Part shown: in pieces, positions 9,933 through 18,904 of the stretch | How positions within the stretch are numbered: position 1 is the stretch's first letter | How the letters are laid out: every line of letters begins with the position of its first letter | Source of the DNA: an uncultured archaeon | Lineage (GTDB): Archaea > Iainarchaeota > Iainarchaeia > Iainarchaeales > CSSED10-239 | Assembly (NCBI GenBank): GCA_964496765.1 | Contig: CAZCAP010000002.1 | Span: 1-32,000 of the forward strand | Length of the DNA: 32,000 nucleotides | Direction of reading: 5' to 3' | Notes under the pieces: generated by a model | Databases searched by the model: none | Told to the model about the DNA's origin: nothing | The model's input: only the letters and a program-made list of their open reading frames with translations | Position numbers and translations under genes: made by a program

Positions 9933-10964
9933 TTAATATTCTAATTTATATCTTAGAATACCAATAATACCACCAAAGGACTTTAGTGTTTCTGTGGTTT
10001 GGTGCTCATTATCCACTATATGTACTTTAGTTTTAATTTTTTCTGCATTCTTAATTAGTGCTTGTATTTTATCAAGATTGTCTTTCCATAGTTTTTCGGA
10101 TATTAGAAGATATTCAATTGCTCCTGTATTTATTGTTTCTTCAATTTTTTTTAGCCCATAGATTGCTTTACCATTGTCCTTGCCAAGATATTCTTTAAAA
10201 GTGTCCAACATTTCTTGCTCTTTATAAATAATTGAGTTTTCAAAAAATTTACTAACTTCTTTTTTTGAGAAGAGCTCACTAATTGATGCTCTAGAAGTGT
10301 TTGATAATTGAATTTCAAGAGGTTTAATTTTATTATTTTTGTTTTTAATAAATCCAGAGAGCATAACCTTAACATGCCCAGGCCCAGCAATAATCACTTG
10401 ATATTCAGTTTCTTTAATTAATTCAAATATTTTTTCAAAGAAAGAAGAATAATCAAAACTATCGGAATACCTCTTACCATGCTTACCTGAAGGGATGGTT
10501 GCAATATCTTTAATCCCTATATCTGAAAGAATAAAAACATCTGCTTTTTCATCATCAATTGCTATTAGAAATATTTTATTGGTTATTGTTTTACTAGATT
10601 TAATTAAATCAATTTCATGATCAAATAGGTTTTGCTTTAATAGAGTATACTTGGATCCAAGAGAGATCTCTAGAGTATGGTGATCACCTATTGGCGCAAC
10701 ATCCTGGGGTTTAGAATCAATAATCCTGCCAGTGAATCTTAGTGAATCAATTGTTGAAGAATAATCGAACTTTTCAATCTTGATTGAAACAAAGATAGGT
10801 ATTCTTTTCGAATCTCCTGTTTCATCAATCTTTGATCTCCTAAAAGAAGTACCTTTAATTATGTCACCTATCTCAACAATACTTTTTAGTATCCAGAGAT
10901 CTTCAATGGTTTGAAGAGTGAACACTATTTCTTTTTCTTTTTTATTCAGGTGGATTACATTCAT
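9933..10964 (-). CDS. pelA: mRNA surveillance protein pelota (Dom34 homologue)
   Basis: N-terminal EDLWILKSIVEIGDIIKGTSFRR, TGRIIDSKPQDVAPIGDHHTLEI, central AGPGHVK, C-terminal eRF1 domain-3-like region. Confidence 0.92.
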   Translation of the reverse strand: MNVIHLNKKEKEIVFTLQTIEDLWILKSIVEIGDIIKGTSFRRSKIDETGDSKRIPIFVSIKIEKFDYSSTIDSLRFTGRIIDSKPQDVAPIGDHHTLEISLGSKYTLLKQNLFDHEIDLIKSSKTITNKIFLIAIDDEKADVFILSDIGIKDIATIPSGKHGKRYSDSFDYSSFFEKIFELIKETEYQVIIAGPGHVKVMLSGFIKNKNNKIKPLEIQLSNTSRASISELFSKKEVSKFFENSIIYKEQEMLDTFKEYLGKDNGKAIYGLKKIEETINTGAIEYLLISEKLWKDNLDKIQALIKNAEKIKTKVHIVDNEHQTTETLKSFGGIIGILRYKLEY

Positions 10965-10982
10965 GTTCTTTCATCTTTATTT

Positions 10983-12512
10983 TTATTTAATTAATGGTTT
11001 TGACATATAATCTGGTATTTTTATATCTAATATTTTCAAAACAGTTGGACCAACCGAAGCAATGGATGCATTCTTTAGTGCCCTAATCTCATATTTGTTT
11101 TTAGAAACCACAACGAATGGAACTTTGCTTAGGCTATGGGATGTGGAAATACCACCATTTGAATATATCATTTCATCACAGTTTCCATGATCAGCAACAA
11201 GTAAAAGAACGGTGTCCCTGAAGTTTATTTCTTTAATAATTCTTCCAACACATCTATCTATGATTTCAACACTCTTGATTGCAGCAGGAATATCCCCTGT
11301 GTGCCCAACCATATCTCCATTAGCAAAGTTTACTAAAATAAATTTATAGTCTGCTTTCAATTTAGGAAGAAGCTTGTTTGTTATTTTTTCTGCGGACATT
11401 TCAGGAGCCTGATCAAATGTTTTGACTTTTGGAGATGGAACTAGTATCCTGTCCTCTCCCTCATTAGGATATTCTTGTCCAAGATTAAAGAAATAGGTAA
11501 CATGTGCAAACTTCTCAGTTTCTGCAACCCTTAATTGTTTGAATTTCTTTTTGGAAAGAATCTTACCTATTCCTGGCTTTGGTTTTATTGGTGGAAATAT
11601 AATATTTATTTTGTTAGATAAAGCAGAATCATATTCTGTTAATGAATAGAAATTTACTTTAAGATTCTTCTTGGTTTTAAATTTATTAAATTTATTATTC
11701 ACAAACACATTTAGGAACTCTCTTGCCCTATCACTCCTGAAATTAAAAAATAGGATTGTATCTTTATTCTTTATTATTCCATCCTTTAGTAGAAGCGTAG
11801 GTTCAAAGAATTCATCAGTAATTCTTTTTTTATAACTTTTTTTAATAAATGAAATTGCATCATCATTTTTATTACCTATCCCATAAACTAGTAGGTCATA
11901 AACTTTTTTTTGCCTACCCCAATGATTATCTCTATCCATACCAAAATATCTACCAGATAGGGAGGCAATGTGCACGTTTTGCATTAATCCCAGAGATTCA
12001 ATTGTATGTTGAAGTTTATGAGTATAATTGATTATGCTTTTTGGAGGAACATCACGTCCATCAGCAAATAAATGTAGGTATACGTTTTTTATTTTTTTTT
12101 GTGCAACAATCTTGAGAATTGCAAACAAATGGTTTTGATGGGAATGAACGCCTCCATCAGATAATAAGCCAATCAAATGAAGCGCGTTTTCTCTCTTAAC
12201 TTTGTTCATTGCAGACAAAATAATCTTATTTTTAAAAAATAATTTCTTACCAATTGCTTTATTTATTCTAACAATATCAGATTCTAAGACGCATCCTGCC
12301 CCAAAAGTTGAATGACCAACTTCGGATGAACCTAATTGTTTTGGTGGAAGACCAACATATTCTTCACTTGCTCCAAGTAGGGTGTTTGGATAATTTTTAA
12401 ATAGTTTATTTAAAATGGGTTTTTTAGCTCTTGAGAAAGCATTACCTTCATAATCCTTATTTATTCCACAGCCATCTAAAACAACAAGTACAACTTTATT
12501 TATTTTTTCCAT
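10983..12512 (-). CDS. gpmI: 2,3-bisphosphoglycerate-independent phosphoglycerate mutase
   Basis: VVLVVLDGCGIN, GHSTFGAGCV, LHLIGLLSDGGVHSHQNHLFAIL, FADGRDVPPKS, ADHGNCDEM. The track start is 12524. MEKINK at 12512 is an alternative start. Confidence 0.92.
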   Translation of the reverse strand: MEKINKVVLVVLDGCGINKDYEGNAFSRAKKPILNKLFKNYPNTLLGASEEYVGLPPKQLGSSEVGHSTFGAGCVLESDIVRINKAIGKKLFFKNKIILSAMNKVKRENALHLIGLLSDGGVHSHQNHLFAILKIVAQKKIKNVYLHLFADGRDVPPKSIINYTHKLQHTIESLGLMQNVHIASLSGRYFGMDRDNHWGRQKKVYDLLVYGIGNKNDDAISFIKKSYKKRITDEFFEPTLLLKDGIIKNKDTILFFNFRSDRAREFLNVFVNNKFNKFKTKKNLKVNFYSLTEYDSALSNKINIIFPPIKPKPGIGKILSKKKFKQLRVAETEKFAHVTYFFNLGQEYPNEGEDRILVPSPKVKTFDQAPEMSAEKITNKLLPKLKADYKFILVNFANGDMVGHTGDIPAAIKSVEIIDRCVGRIIKEINFRDTVLLLVADHGNCDEMIYSNGGISTSHSLSKVPFVVVSKNKYEIRALKNASIASVGPTVLKILDIKIPDYMSKPLIK

Positions 12513-13503
12513 CTTCCTTATCACCTTTCTTAATCTTATTAAACAATTGGAATGGATGTTTCACATTACACTCAGCAACGCAAATTCCATTTCCTTTAAT
12601 TGTATCACAGTTAGGTACAGAATATTTCTTTTCCATAAGTGCTTTAATTTGATATGATGCAATTCTTTCATCAAAATTAGGTAGATGTTTATAAATTGTA
12701 AGAATTTCATCATAGCTGTATCCTATATTTGCTAAGAAAACAGCAAGAGAAAAGTTTTCAATATGTGTTAATTTTTCTCCGGACATTATTTTATTGTACA
12801 TACTTACAAAGCATGGAGGAAAATTCTTATAATCAACCTTATTAATTGTTTTAATATTATAGGCATTTTCCTTAATTATTTTTTCTTTAATATATTTACC
12901 ATACTCTCTAAAGACCTTAGGAAGCTCTTTTTTTTCAATATTTATATTATTTAATATTCTTTTTTTCAAAATTACAGATAAAAGATTAATAAGTTCTTCT
13001 TTTTCAAAATAAATTATTCCTGCTTTTAGATTAATATATTGTAATTTATATTCATCTCCAAGTTCATATTTTAAATAATTTATTAAATCAATAGTGTATT
13101 TTCCTTCCTGTTCACTATAGTTTATGTCAGGAGATAGATCAAGAAGCAATTCTTCTAGTTCGGAATCATCTCTTGAGTTATTTAAATAATATCTGAATTG
13201 CTTTTGATAATAGACCGCAAATTGCTGGTATAGTGGATTGTAATCAACAATAGACAGGAGAAGACGAGAAATGGGATAGATGGTTACAAAAATATCTGCA
13301 AGTTTAATATCATTTTCAGATAGATACATTTTCCATTGTTTCTCTCTGTCTTGGACAGAAAGATTAATTGTATTTATTAGGAACATAGTTGCTTTTTTGA
13401 TTAGATTTTCATCAATAGCTAATAGGTCAATGTCTTTTGATTTTAAATAATCTCTGGCTCTACTTGAAAAAGGATATTTAATTAAATAATTATATGCAAG
13501 CAT
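12496..13503 (-). CDS. priL: DNA primase large subunit
   Basis: Fe-S domain signature FPPCFVSMYN...SVPNCDTIKGNGICVAECNVKHPFQLF. Overlaps the start of gpmI. Confidence 0.85.
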   Translation of the reverse strand: MLAYNYLIKYPFSSRARDYLKSKDIDLLAIDENLIKKATMFLINTINLSVQDREKQWKMYLSENDIKLADIFVTIYPISRLLLSIVDYNPLYQQFAVYYQKQFRYYLNNSRDDSELEELLLDLSPDINYSEQEGKYTIDLINYLKYELGDEYKLQYINLKAGIIYFEKEELINLLSVILKKRILNNINIEKKELPKVFREYGKYIKEKIIKENAYNIKTINKVDYKNFPPCFVSMYNKIMSGEKLTHIENFSLAVFLANIGYSYDEILTIYKHLPNFDERIASYQIKALMEKKYSVPNCDTIKGNGICVAECNVKHPFQLFNKIKKGDKEDGKNK

Positions 13504-13542
13504 AACTAAAATATATATGTGAAAGTTATTAAATTAGTTTGT

Positions 13543-14406
13543 TTATAGGAAATAGGCAGCTTCTATTAGTGCACCAATTGCAAGCAACAATAACGCTAAC
13601 ATAAACATGTGTAAAAAATCTAATAGGGCAACCCATTTGAAGTCAGTAGTAAACAACCCTCTAAATAAATCTCTTGCAAGTATTGCTCCAGTAACGCTTA
13701 CAATAAAGTAGGCAAGAATTTCTGGAAGCCCATGCGGCAGGTAACTAAAGAAATTCAAAATCAGGTTTCCTATTCCAGTAAAAATTGAAATTATTCCCCC
13801 TGACAAACCAACAAAGGAAATGGATATATCTTGAACAATAATAGCTGCTAGAATGGATGAATTCCATGCGATTAAAAATAAACCACCTGCTCCATAGAAG
13901 AAGGACAAAAGCGTTGCTGAGAGAATTACCAAAAGATTATTAATTAAAACCAAGAAGAAAACTTGTTTAAACCTAGAATAATGTAATGAGGTTCCAATAA
14001 GATTACCAGTAGAAATTGAATTTTGTATGTTTGCTACTCCTTGAATCTCCCCAAGCTGCACAGAAAACACATTTATGCTTGTTGCCTGAGGAAGAACTAA
14101 CCCTGCAGCAACATAGGTTGCAAAAATACCTAAAAAGAACCATAAAAGAAGATATATAGTTTTTTTATGTCTTTTAAAAAAGGGTTTATCAAAATTAAGT
14201 AAATAGGAATCACGAGAATAGAGTTTATTGAAAAGAGGGACAGCTCCTATAGTAATAAATGCAAGAACTGCAATGCTTGTGTTGGTTTTGGGGAATAAAA
14301 AGGTAGCAAACAAAATAGAAATTGCTGTAAGTATAACTGCATCAATAAACATCAAGCTAGGAGTTCGCCTTAGCTTATCTGGATTTATCAATAATTCTAG
14401 TACCAT
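13543..14406 (-). CDS. Stage II sporulation protein M (SpoIIM)-like integral membrane protein
   Basis: Multi-TM, FFLVLINNLLVILSATLLSFFYGAGGLFLIAWNSSILAAII and LPHGLPEILAYFIVSVTGAILARDL, typical of the SpoIIM/DUF95 family. Confidence 0.82.
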   Translation of the reverse strand: MVLELLINPDKLRRTPSLMFIDAVILTAISILFATFLFPKTNTSIAVLAFITIGAVPLFNKLYSRDSYLLNFDKPFFKRHKKTIYLLLWFFLGIFATYVAAGLVLPQATSINVFSVQLGEIQGVANIQNSISTGNLIGTSLHYSRFKQVFFLVLINNLLVILSATLLSFFYGAGGLFLIAWNSSILAAIIVQDISISFVGLSGGIISIFTGIGNLILNFFSYLPHGLPEILAYFIVSVTGAILARDLFRGLFTTDFKWVALLDFLHMFMLALLLLAIGALIEAAYFL

Positions 14407-14505
14407 TTTATCAAGTATTTATGTAATGTAATATTATATAAACATTTCTTATATATTATTATATATAAACTAACGCTAATTTTAATAAAACCAAAATAGA
14501 ATGAA

Positions 14506-14955
14506 GTGATTTCCTTGAAAGATGAACATGAAGAAAAAAAAATATTACAAAAAATATTTAGTAAAATAAAATCAAAAGAATGTATTGATATTGAAGATAT
14601 TGTTTATGGTAAAGTAGTTTCAGTTACTGATAAGATGGCATTCATTGATGTTGATTCAGTTGACGGGGGAAAAGCGCTTTGCCCATCAAACACAGGAATT
14701 TTATTTGTTAGCTCAATTGAAAACGGGTACCTTGAAAAAGCAAGTGATTTAATTAAGAAAGGAGACTACCTCAAAGCAAGAGTTACAGACACCACCAAAT
14801 TTGGAATCAAACTAACTACAGCGGATAGAAACATGGGTGTTATTAGAGCTGTATGCACTTCCTGTAAGGAACCTCTTAAACTTAATCTTGCATCCCAGGA
14901 ACTTAAATGTTTAAAATGTAAGTCTATTCAGACAAGAAAAATTGCAAAGATGTGA
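14506..14955 (+). CDS. csl4: Exosome RNA-binding subunit Csl4 (S1 domain plus C-terminal zinc ribbon)
   Basis: DIVYGKVVSVTDKMAFIDVDSVDG...GDYLKARVTDTTKFGIKLTT...CTSCKEPL...LKCLKCKS. Confidence 0.82.
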   Translation: MISLKDEHEEKKILQKIFSKIKSKECIDIEDIVYGKVVSVTDKMAFIDVDSVDGGKALCPSNTGILFVSSIENGYLEKASDLIKKGDYLKARVTDTTKFGIKLTTADRNMGVIRAVCTSCKEPLKLNLASQELKCLKCKSIQTRKIAKM

Positions 14956-14962
14956 ATAAAAT

Positions 14963-15256
14963 ATGGATATAGAATTTATTAAAAAGAATAAAGATGAAAT
15001 TGAAATTAAAGTAAAAAATGAAGATACTGCTTTTTTTGATTTAATAGTAAGTATTGCAAGCTCTAAAAGAGAAGTTGATTTTGTTTCTTTAAAAAGAGCA
15101 GACAATCTTATTGAAGAATTTACTTTCTATCTTAAAACAAAGGGAGAACCAGCAAAAGAAATGCTTCTTTCCTGCATAGAGGAAGCAGAAGAAAACTTTG
15201 GAACATTGGTTACCTACCTTGAGAAAAGTTTACCAGATAAAAAGAATAAAGAATAA
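14963..15256 (+). CDS. rpoL: DNA-directed RNA polymerase subunit L (Rpb11-like)
   Basis: Small acidic Rpb11/RpoL-like protein (TAFFDLIVSIASSKREVDFVSL...PAKEMLLSCIEEAEENF). Follows Csl4. Confidence 0.75.
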   Translation: MDIEFIKKNKDEIEIKVKNEDTAFFDLIVSIASSKREVDFVSLKRADNLIEEFTFYLKTKGEPAKEMLLSCIEEAEENFGTLVTYLEKSLPDKKNKE

Positions 15257-15268
15257 ACCACATGAATT

Positions 15269-16021
15269 ATGGGTAAGAAAAACAAAATTCAAGAAAAACC
15301 AACTAAGCAAAAAAATTGGTATTCATTTCTTGATTACATAGATCCATTTACCTACCTCGACATGCTTCTTTATAATACTCTTGGAGAACCAAAGAGTATG
15401 GGAAAGAAAGTTCTATTTTGGATAATCTATATTGCATTTGCTTTCCTTCTCGCATACATACTTTATACTCTTTTAGGAATTATTTTTGGATCAACCATGC
15501 CTCTAGCAACAGTAGTTTCTGGATCAATGGAACCAACCTTTCAAAGAGGGGATGTTGTTGTATTAGGGGGCACAAAGTACATAAACGCAGAAACAGTAAT
15601 CATTAATGAAAACATTGCTCAAAAGGATCTATCCTGGTTTAGTGAAATGACCTATAAAACAAATGAATATGGGCTTGATGAAGTAAGTACAATAACAATA
15701 GATAATCAAACAATTAAATTTGATGATATTATTAAAAATAATAATTCTGTTGTAGTGTACACATCAAACATTCAGGGCATACCAATAATTCATCGTGTTG
15801 TTGCAATCATAGATGCAAAGGATGGAATATTCATAATTACAAAGGGAGATAATAGTAAAACAAATAGATATATTGATCAAGATTGTGAGGTGTCTCCATT
15901 AACAGGATATGCAACCAAAGGATGTCTAAATCTCTACCCAGTAAAGATAGATAGTTTACTTGGAAAGAAAATTGGATTAATCCCATATATTGGATATGCA
16001 AAACTATTTTTATTTGGATAA
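15269..16021 (+). CDS. Signal peptidase I (S26B-type, archaeal/ER-like)
   Basis: VVSGSMEPTFQRGDVVVLGG catalytic-Ser motif, GIPIIHRVVAI second motif, N- and C-terminal TM segments. Confidence 0.88.
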   Translation: MGKKNKIQEKPTKQKNWYSFLDYIDPFTYLDMLLYNTLGEPKSMGKKVLFWIIYIAFAFLLAYILYTLLGIIFGSTMPLATVVSGSMEPTFQRGDVVVLGGTKYINAETVIINENIAQKDLSWFSEMTYKTNEYGLDEVSTITIDNQTIKFDDIIKNNNSVVVYTSNIQGIPIIHRVVAIIDAKDGIFIITKGDNSKTNRYIDQDCEVSPLTGYATKGCLNLYPVKIDSLLGKKIGLIPYIGYAKLFLFG

Positions 16022-16024
16022 ATT

Positions 16025-16861
16025 ATGGGAAATGATAATTTTAATAAACTAACAGAAAAGGAACAAATTGATTATCTAATTAGAAAACAAAAGCTTCACA
16101 TCATATTTAATGACTATGGGCAAGCCCCTAAGATTATAGAAGAACTTAAACTCATGAGTAAAACACCTTCTGATTTTTATTTAGCAGTTAAATTATATAA
16201 TTATTTGCCAAACAACATGTATTATACAGAAAAATTAGAATCTGTAAAAGCAAATCTAAGATTAAGAAAGCAATTAAAGTTACCTCAAATTCATAAAGAT
16301 TATATTGTTCGATTTACAAAGCCAGTTTTTAATAATGAGGGATTAGCAACCAACATACATGTAGAGGCAGGGATGCAAATTGAAATAATTAAAAAAGAAA
16401 CTTATCCAACAAGAATAATCACTTTCAATGCATTTTTTACTAATGAAAAAAAACAAAGAATCCTAAGAATAAACAATCTACAGGGAACGAGAAATTCAAT
16501 CACAGAATTAAATGAATTAACTCATAAAATAGGGGAAAACTGGAGAATAAGAATAGTAAAAGATCTAAATCAAATATGTGTTGCAAAAGAAATTAGATTA
16601 ATAGGAGAGCTTCCTAAATTTTATGTGAGTGGTAAGAAAGATACAGAGTATCTAAGAATTTTGAGACAATACATTCAAACATATCTTAAAGCAGGACTAA
16701 AGCCAGAAAATATAGATATAACAAAAATAAAAGAACACAAAGTTAAAACGAAAATTGAAAAAATAATAATTAATAAAGAAAAAAATAAAGTAATTCATGA
16801 AAAAAGAGATGCAAAAAATAAAAATAAACCAAAAATACCTAGACCACTAAGAAAACTTTAA
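16025..16861 (+). CDS. Uncharacterised protein with basic C-terminus
   Basis: 278-aa ORF on the same strand as the upstream signal peptidase with a 3-bp gap. Overlaps the orc1/cdc6 stop tail-to-tail. Confidence 0.5.
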   Translation: MGNDNFNKLTEKEQIDYLIRKQKLHIIFNDYGQAPKIIEELKLMSKTPSDFYLAVKLYNYLPNNMYYTEKLESVKANLRLRKQLKLPQIHKDYIVRFTKPVFNNEGLATNIHVEAGMQIEIIKKETYPTRIITFNAFFTNEKKQRILRINNLQGTRNSITELNELTHKIGENWRIRIVKDLNQICVAKEIRLIGELPKFYVSGKKDTEYLRILRQYIQTYLKAGLKPENIDITKIKEHKVKTKIEKIIINKEKNKVIHEKRDAKNKNKPKIPRPLRKL

Positions 16862-18069
16862 ACACTAAATTCTTCGTATAATAATTCATTTATTGATTTT
16901 GGATCAACACCCAATCTAATTAAAGTTGTGCTTCCTCTCATTCCTTTTCCTGATTCTGTAGTTGAAATGAAACCATAGGTTTCAAGTTCATTAATGTATT
17001 CTCTAAACCAACGCATGGAAACAGGCTTTTCTCCAAACTTTTTTGTAAGTAGCGTGTATTTTTCATATATTTCTCCAGAATATAATACATTTTCTTCTAG
17101 TGAACCATCTATCTTTAATATGCCTTTTGGTTTTTCTGATTTTTCAGAAATTGCAAGAAGAACTAATTGTAATTGAACTGGGAGGGTTAACACCATGCTT
17201 TTCATAATTTCTTGCTCAACCTTTTCCTTTGCTAAATAAACTTCCTTATCAGTAACCTCTTTCTTTTGATGTAAATCCGCAAGCTCTCCAGCTCTCAATA
17301 GGAGCATGACAGCTGTTCTTGCATCCCCTGATTCTTTTGCTGCAATTGCTGCAGCAATAGCTATAGCTGAATCTGTAACAACCTTGGGTCTAAATGCTAA
17401 ACTAATTCTTTGATTTAATATTTCTTTTAATTCCTCTGCATTGTAGGGTGGATAAACTGCTTCCTGTTCACAGAGTGTACTTTTTGTTCTTTGATCTAAT
17501 CTTGATTTAAAGAAAAGATTATTTGAGATTCCTATGATGGAAACACTTCCAAGATCAAGTTCATCATTTGCTCTTGTTAGGGTATACACAAGATCATCAA
17601 TCTCCTTATCTTTGATTTTATCTATTTCATCTAAAATAACTACGAAATTCATTTTAGTATCTTTAATGTAGGATATGAATTTATCATAAATGAAAGATCT
17701 TGAATATCCAATGAAATTTTTATCAGAATAAAATAGCTGAACACAATAAAAAAGAACAGCGTATTTAGTTTGATAATTTCTACAATTTAAGTAAATTGAT
17801 TGAAAAGGTAAATTATTTTCCTTTGAAACATCCACTAATTGATCAACAACGTGCCTTACAACTGTTGTTTTTCCTGTTCCAACTTTACCATAAATAAAAA
17901 CATTGTGTGGTTTTTCTTTTTTCAAAGCAGGAGATAACCAGATAGAAAGAGTTTTAATTTGCTTATCCCTAAAAGGTAATTTTTCTGGTGCATAATGTGG
18001 AGAAATTTTGTTTTTGTCAATAAAAACAGATTCCTGGTTTAGAAACCCATAAAATATATTCTCAGACAT
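16858..18069 (-). CDS. cdc6: Orc1/Cdc6-type replication initiator AAA+ ATPase
   Basis: HNVFIYGKVGTGKTTVVRHVVDQL (Walker A), MNFVVILDEIDKI (Walker B), SGDARTAVMLLLRAGELA (sensor 2) and a C-terminal winged helix. Confidence 0.94.
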   Translation of the reverse strand: MSENIFYGFLNQESVFIDKNKISPHYAPEKLPFRDKQIKTLSIWLSPALKKEKPHNVFIYGKVGTGKTTVVRHVVDQLVDVSKENNLPFQSIYLNCRNYQTKYAVLFYCVQLFYSDKNFIGYSRSFIYDKFISYIKDTKMNFVVILDEIDKIKDKEIDDLVYTLTRANDELDLGSVSIIGISNNLFFKSRLDQRTKSTLCEQEAVYPPYNAEELKEILNQRISLAFRPKVVTDSAIAIAAAIAAKESGDARTAVMLLLRAGELADLHQKKEVTDKEVYLAKEKVEQEIMKSMVLTLPVQLQLVLLAISEKSEKPKGILKIDGSLEENVLYSGEIYEKYTLLTKKFGEKPVSMRWFREYINELETYGFISTTESGKGMRGSTTLIRLGVDPKSINELLYEEFSV

Positions 18070-18139
18070 TCTTATTTACACCCTTAATTAGATATAATAT
18101 ATAGGATTCAAATACTTTTTATATGTTTGTTCTCTCATA

Positions 18140-18148
18140 TCCAGTGGA
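18140..18148. promoter_or_regulatory. Candidate origin-recognition-box-like motif TCCAGTGGA (copy 1)
   Basis: Sequence CATATCCAGTGGATAG in the orc1/cdc6 upstream intergenic region. Resembles the core of archaeal ORB elements. Short motif; one chance hit also occurs inside cdc48. Confidence 0.35.
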
Positions 18149-18162
18149 TAGTAGATAATTTA

Positions 18163-18232
18163 ACAAAGTTTATAAATTAAACCTATAAATATATATTTAT
18201 TAAAATTACAAATTAAAGGAGATTGAAAAAAT
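18163..18232 (+). promoter_or_regulatory. Conserved promoter/leader of the small-protein family, copy 1 (TATA-like TTTATAAAT, RBS GGAG)
   Basis: ACAAAGTTTATAAATTAAACC...TATATATTTATTAAAATTACAAATTAAAGGAGATTGAAAAAATATG, alignable to the leaders at 20476 and 25720. Confidence 0.7.
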
Positions 18233-18514
18233 ATGGATAAAAAAATAATGCCAATCCTTTTTTTAATAGTGGGATTAATAATAGGGCTTGTGGTTGGATG
18301 GTTAATATTTAATGGAGCATCAAGCACAGGAGACGCAAAAGCAATCACAAATAATTCAATTAATTTAGGAGATGCTGCTGGAGCAAGTTGTACACCAGTT
18401 CCACACACATGTTCAGGAACTGTTGGTATTTGTACAACAAATACATGTGTTACTAATGATGGAAAATCATATTTTGATTGTTCTCATTGTAACTTTGAAA
18501 CATCCACTAATTGA
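18233..18514 (+). CDS. Small N-anchored Cys-rich protein, family member 1 (C-terminus altered by the duplication junction)
   Basis: MDKKIMPILFLIVGLIIGLVVGWLIFNGASSTGDAK... identical to member 2 through SHC. The last codons NFETSTN* come from antisense orc1 sequence. Confidence 0.75.
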   Translation: MDKKIMPILFLIVGLIIGLVVGWLIFNGASSTGDAKAITNNSINLGDAAGASCTPVPHTCSGTVGICTTNTCVTNDGKSYFDCSHCNFETSTN

Positions 18515-18741
18515 TCAACAACGTGCCTTACAACTGTTGTTTTTCCTGTTCCAACTTTACCATAAATAAAAACATTGTGTGGTTTTTCTTTTTTCAAAGC
18601 AGGAGATAACCAGATAGAAAGAGTTTTAATTTGCTTATCCCTAAAAGGTAATTTTTCTGGTGCATAATGTGGAGAAATTTTGTTTTTGTCAATAAAAACA
18701 GATTCCTGGTTTAGAAACCCATAAAATATATTCTCAGACAT
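18484..18741 (-). pseudogene. Truncated duplicate of the orc1/cdc6 5' end (83 codons plus 2 junction codons)
   Basis: Same protein as residues 1-83 of the full gene (ending ...VDQLVDVSK), then LQ*. Contains Walker A only. Confidence 0.93.
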
Positions 18742-18811
18742 TCTTATTTACACCCTTAATTAGATATAATATATAGGATTCAAATACTTTTTATATGTTT
18801 GTTCTCTCATA

Positions 18812-18820
18812 TCCAGTGGA
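18812..18820. promoter_or_regulatory. Candidate ORB-like motif TCCAGTGGA (copy 2)
   Basis: Duplicate of 18140-18148 (+672 bp). Confidence 0.3.
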
Positions 18821-18834
18821 TAGTAGATAATTTA

Positions 18835-18904
18835 ACAAAGTTTATAAATTAAACCTATAAATATATATTTATTAAAATTACAAATTAAAGGAGATTGAAA
18901 AAAT
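18835..18904 (+). promoter_or_regulatory. Conserved promoter/leader of the small-protein family, copy 2
   Basis: Identical to 18163-18232. Confidence 0.7.

Larger units (their letters stand above)
17821..18492. repeat. Tandem duplication, unit 1 (672 bp): 5' 249 nt of orc1/cdc6, divergent intergenic region and most of a small-protein gene
   Basis: CTTTGAAACATCCACTAATTGATC... at 17821 recurs at 18493. All landmarks (orc1 ATG, TCCAGTGGA, small-gene ATG, both antisense ORFs) are shifted by exactly 672 bp with no difference seen. Confidence 0.97.
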
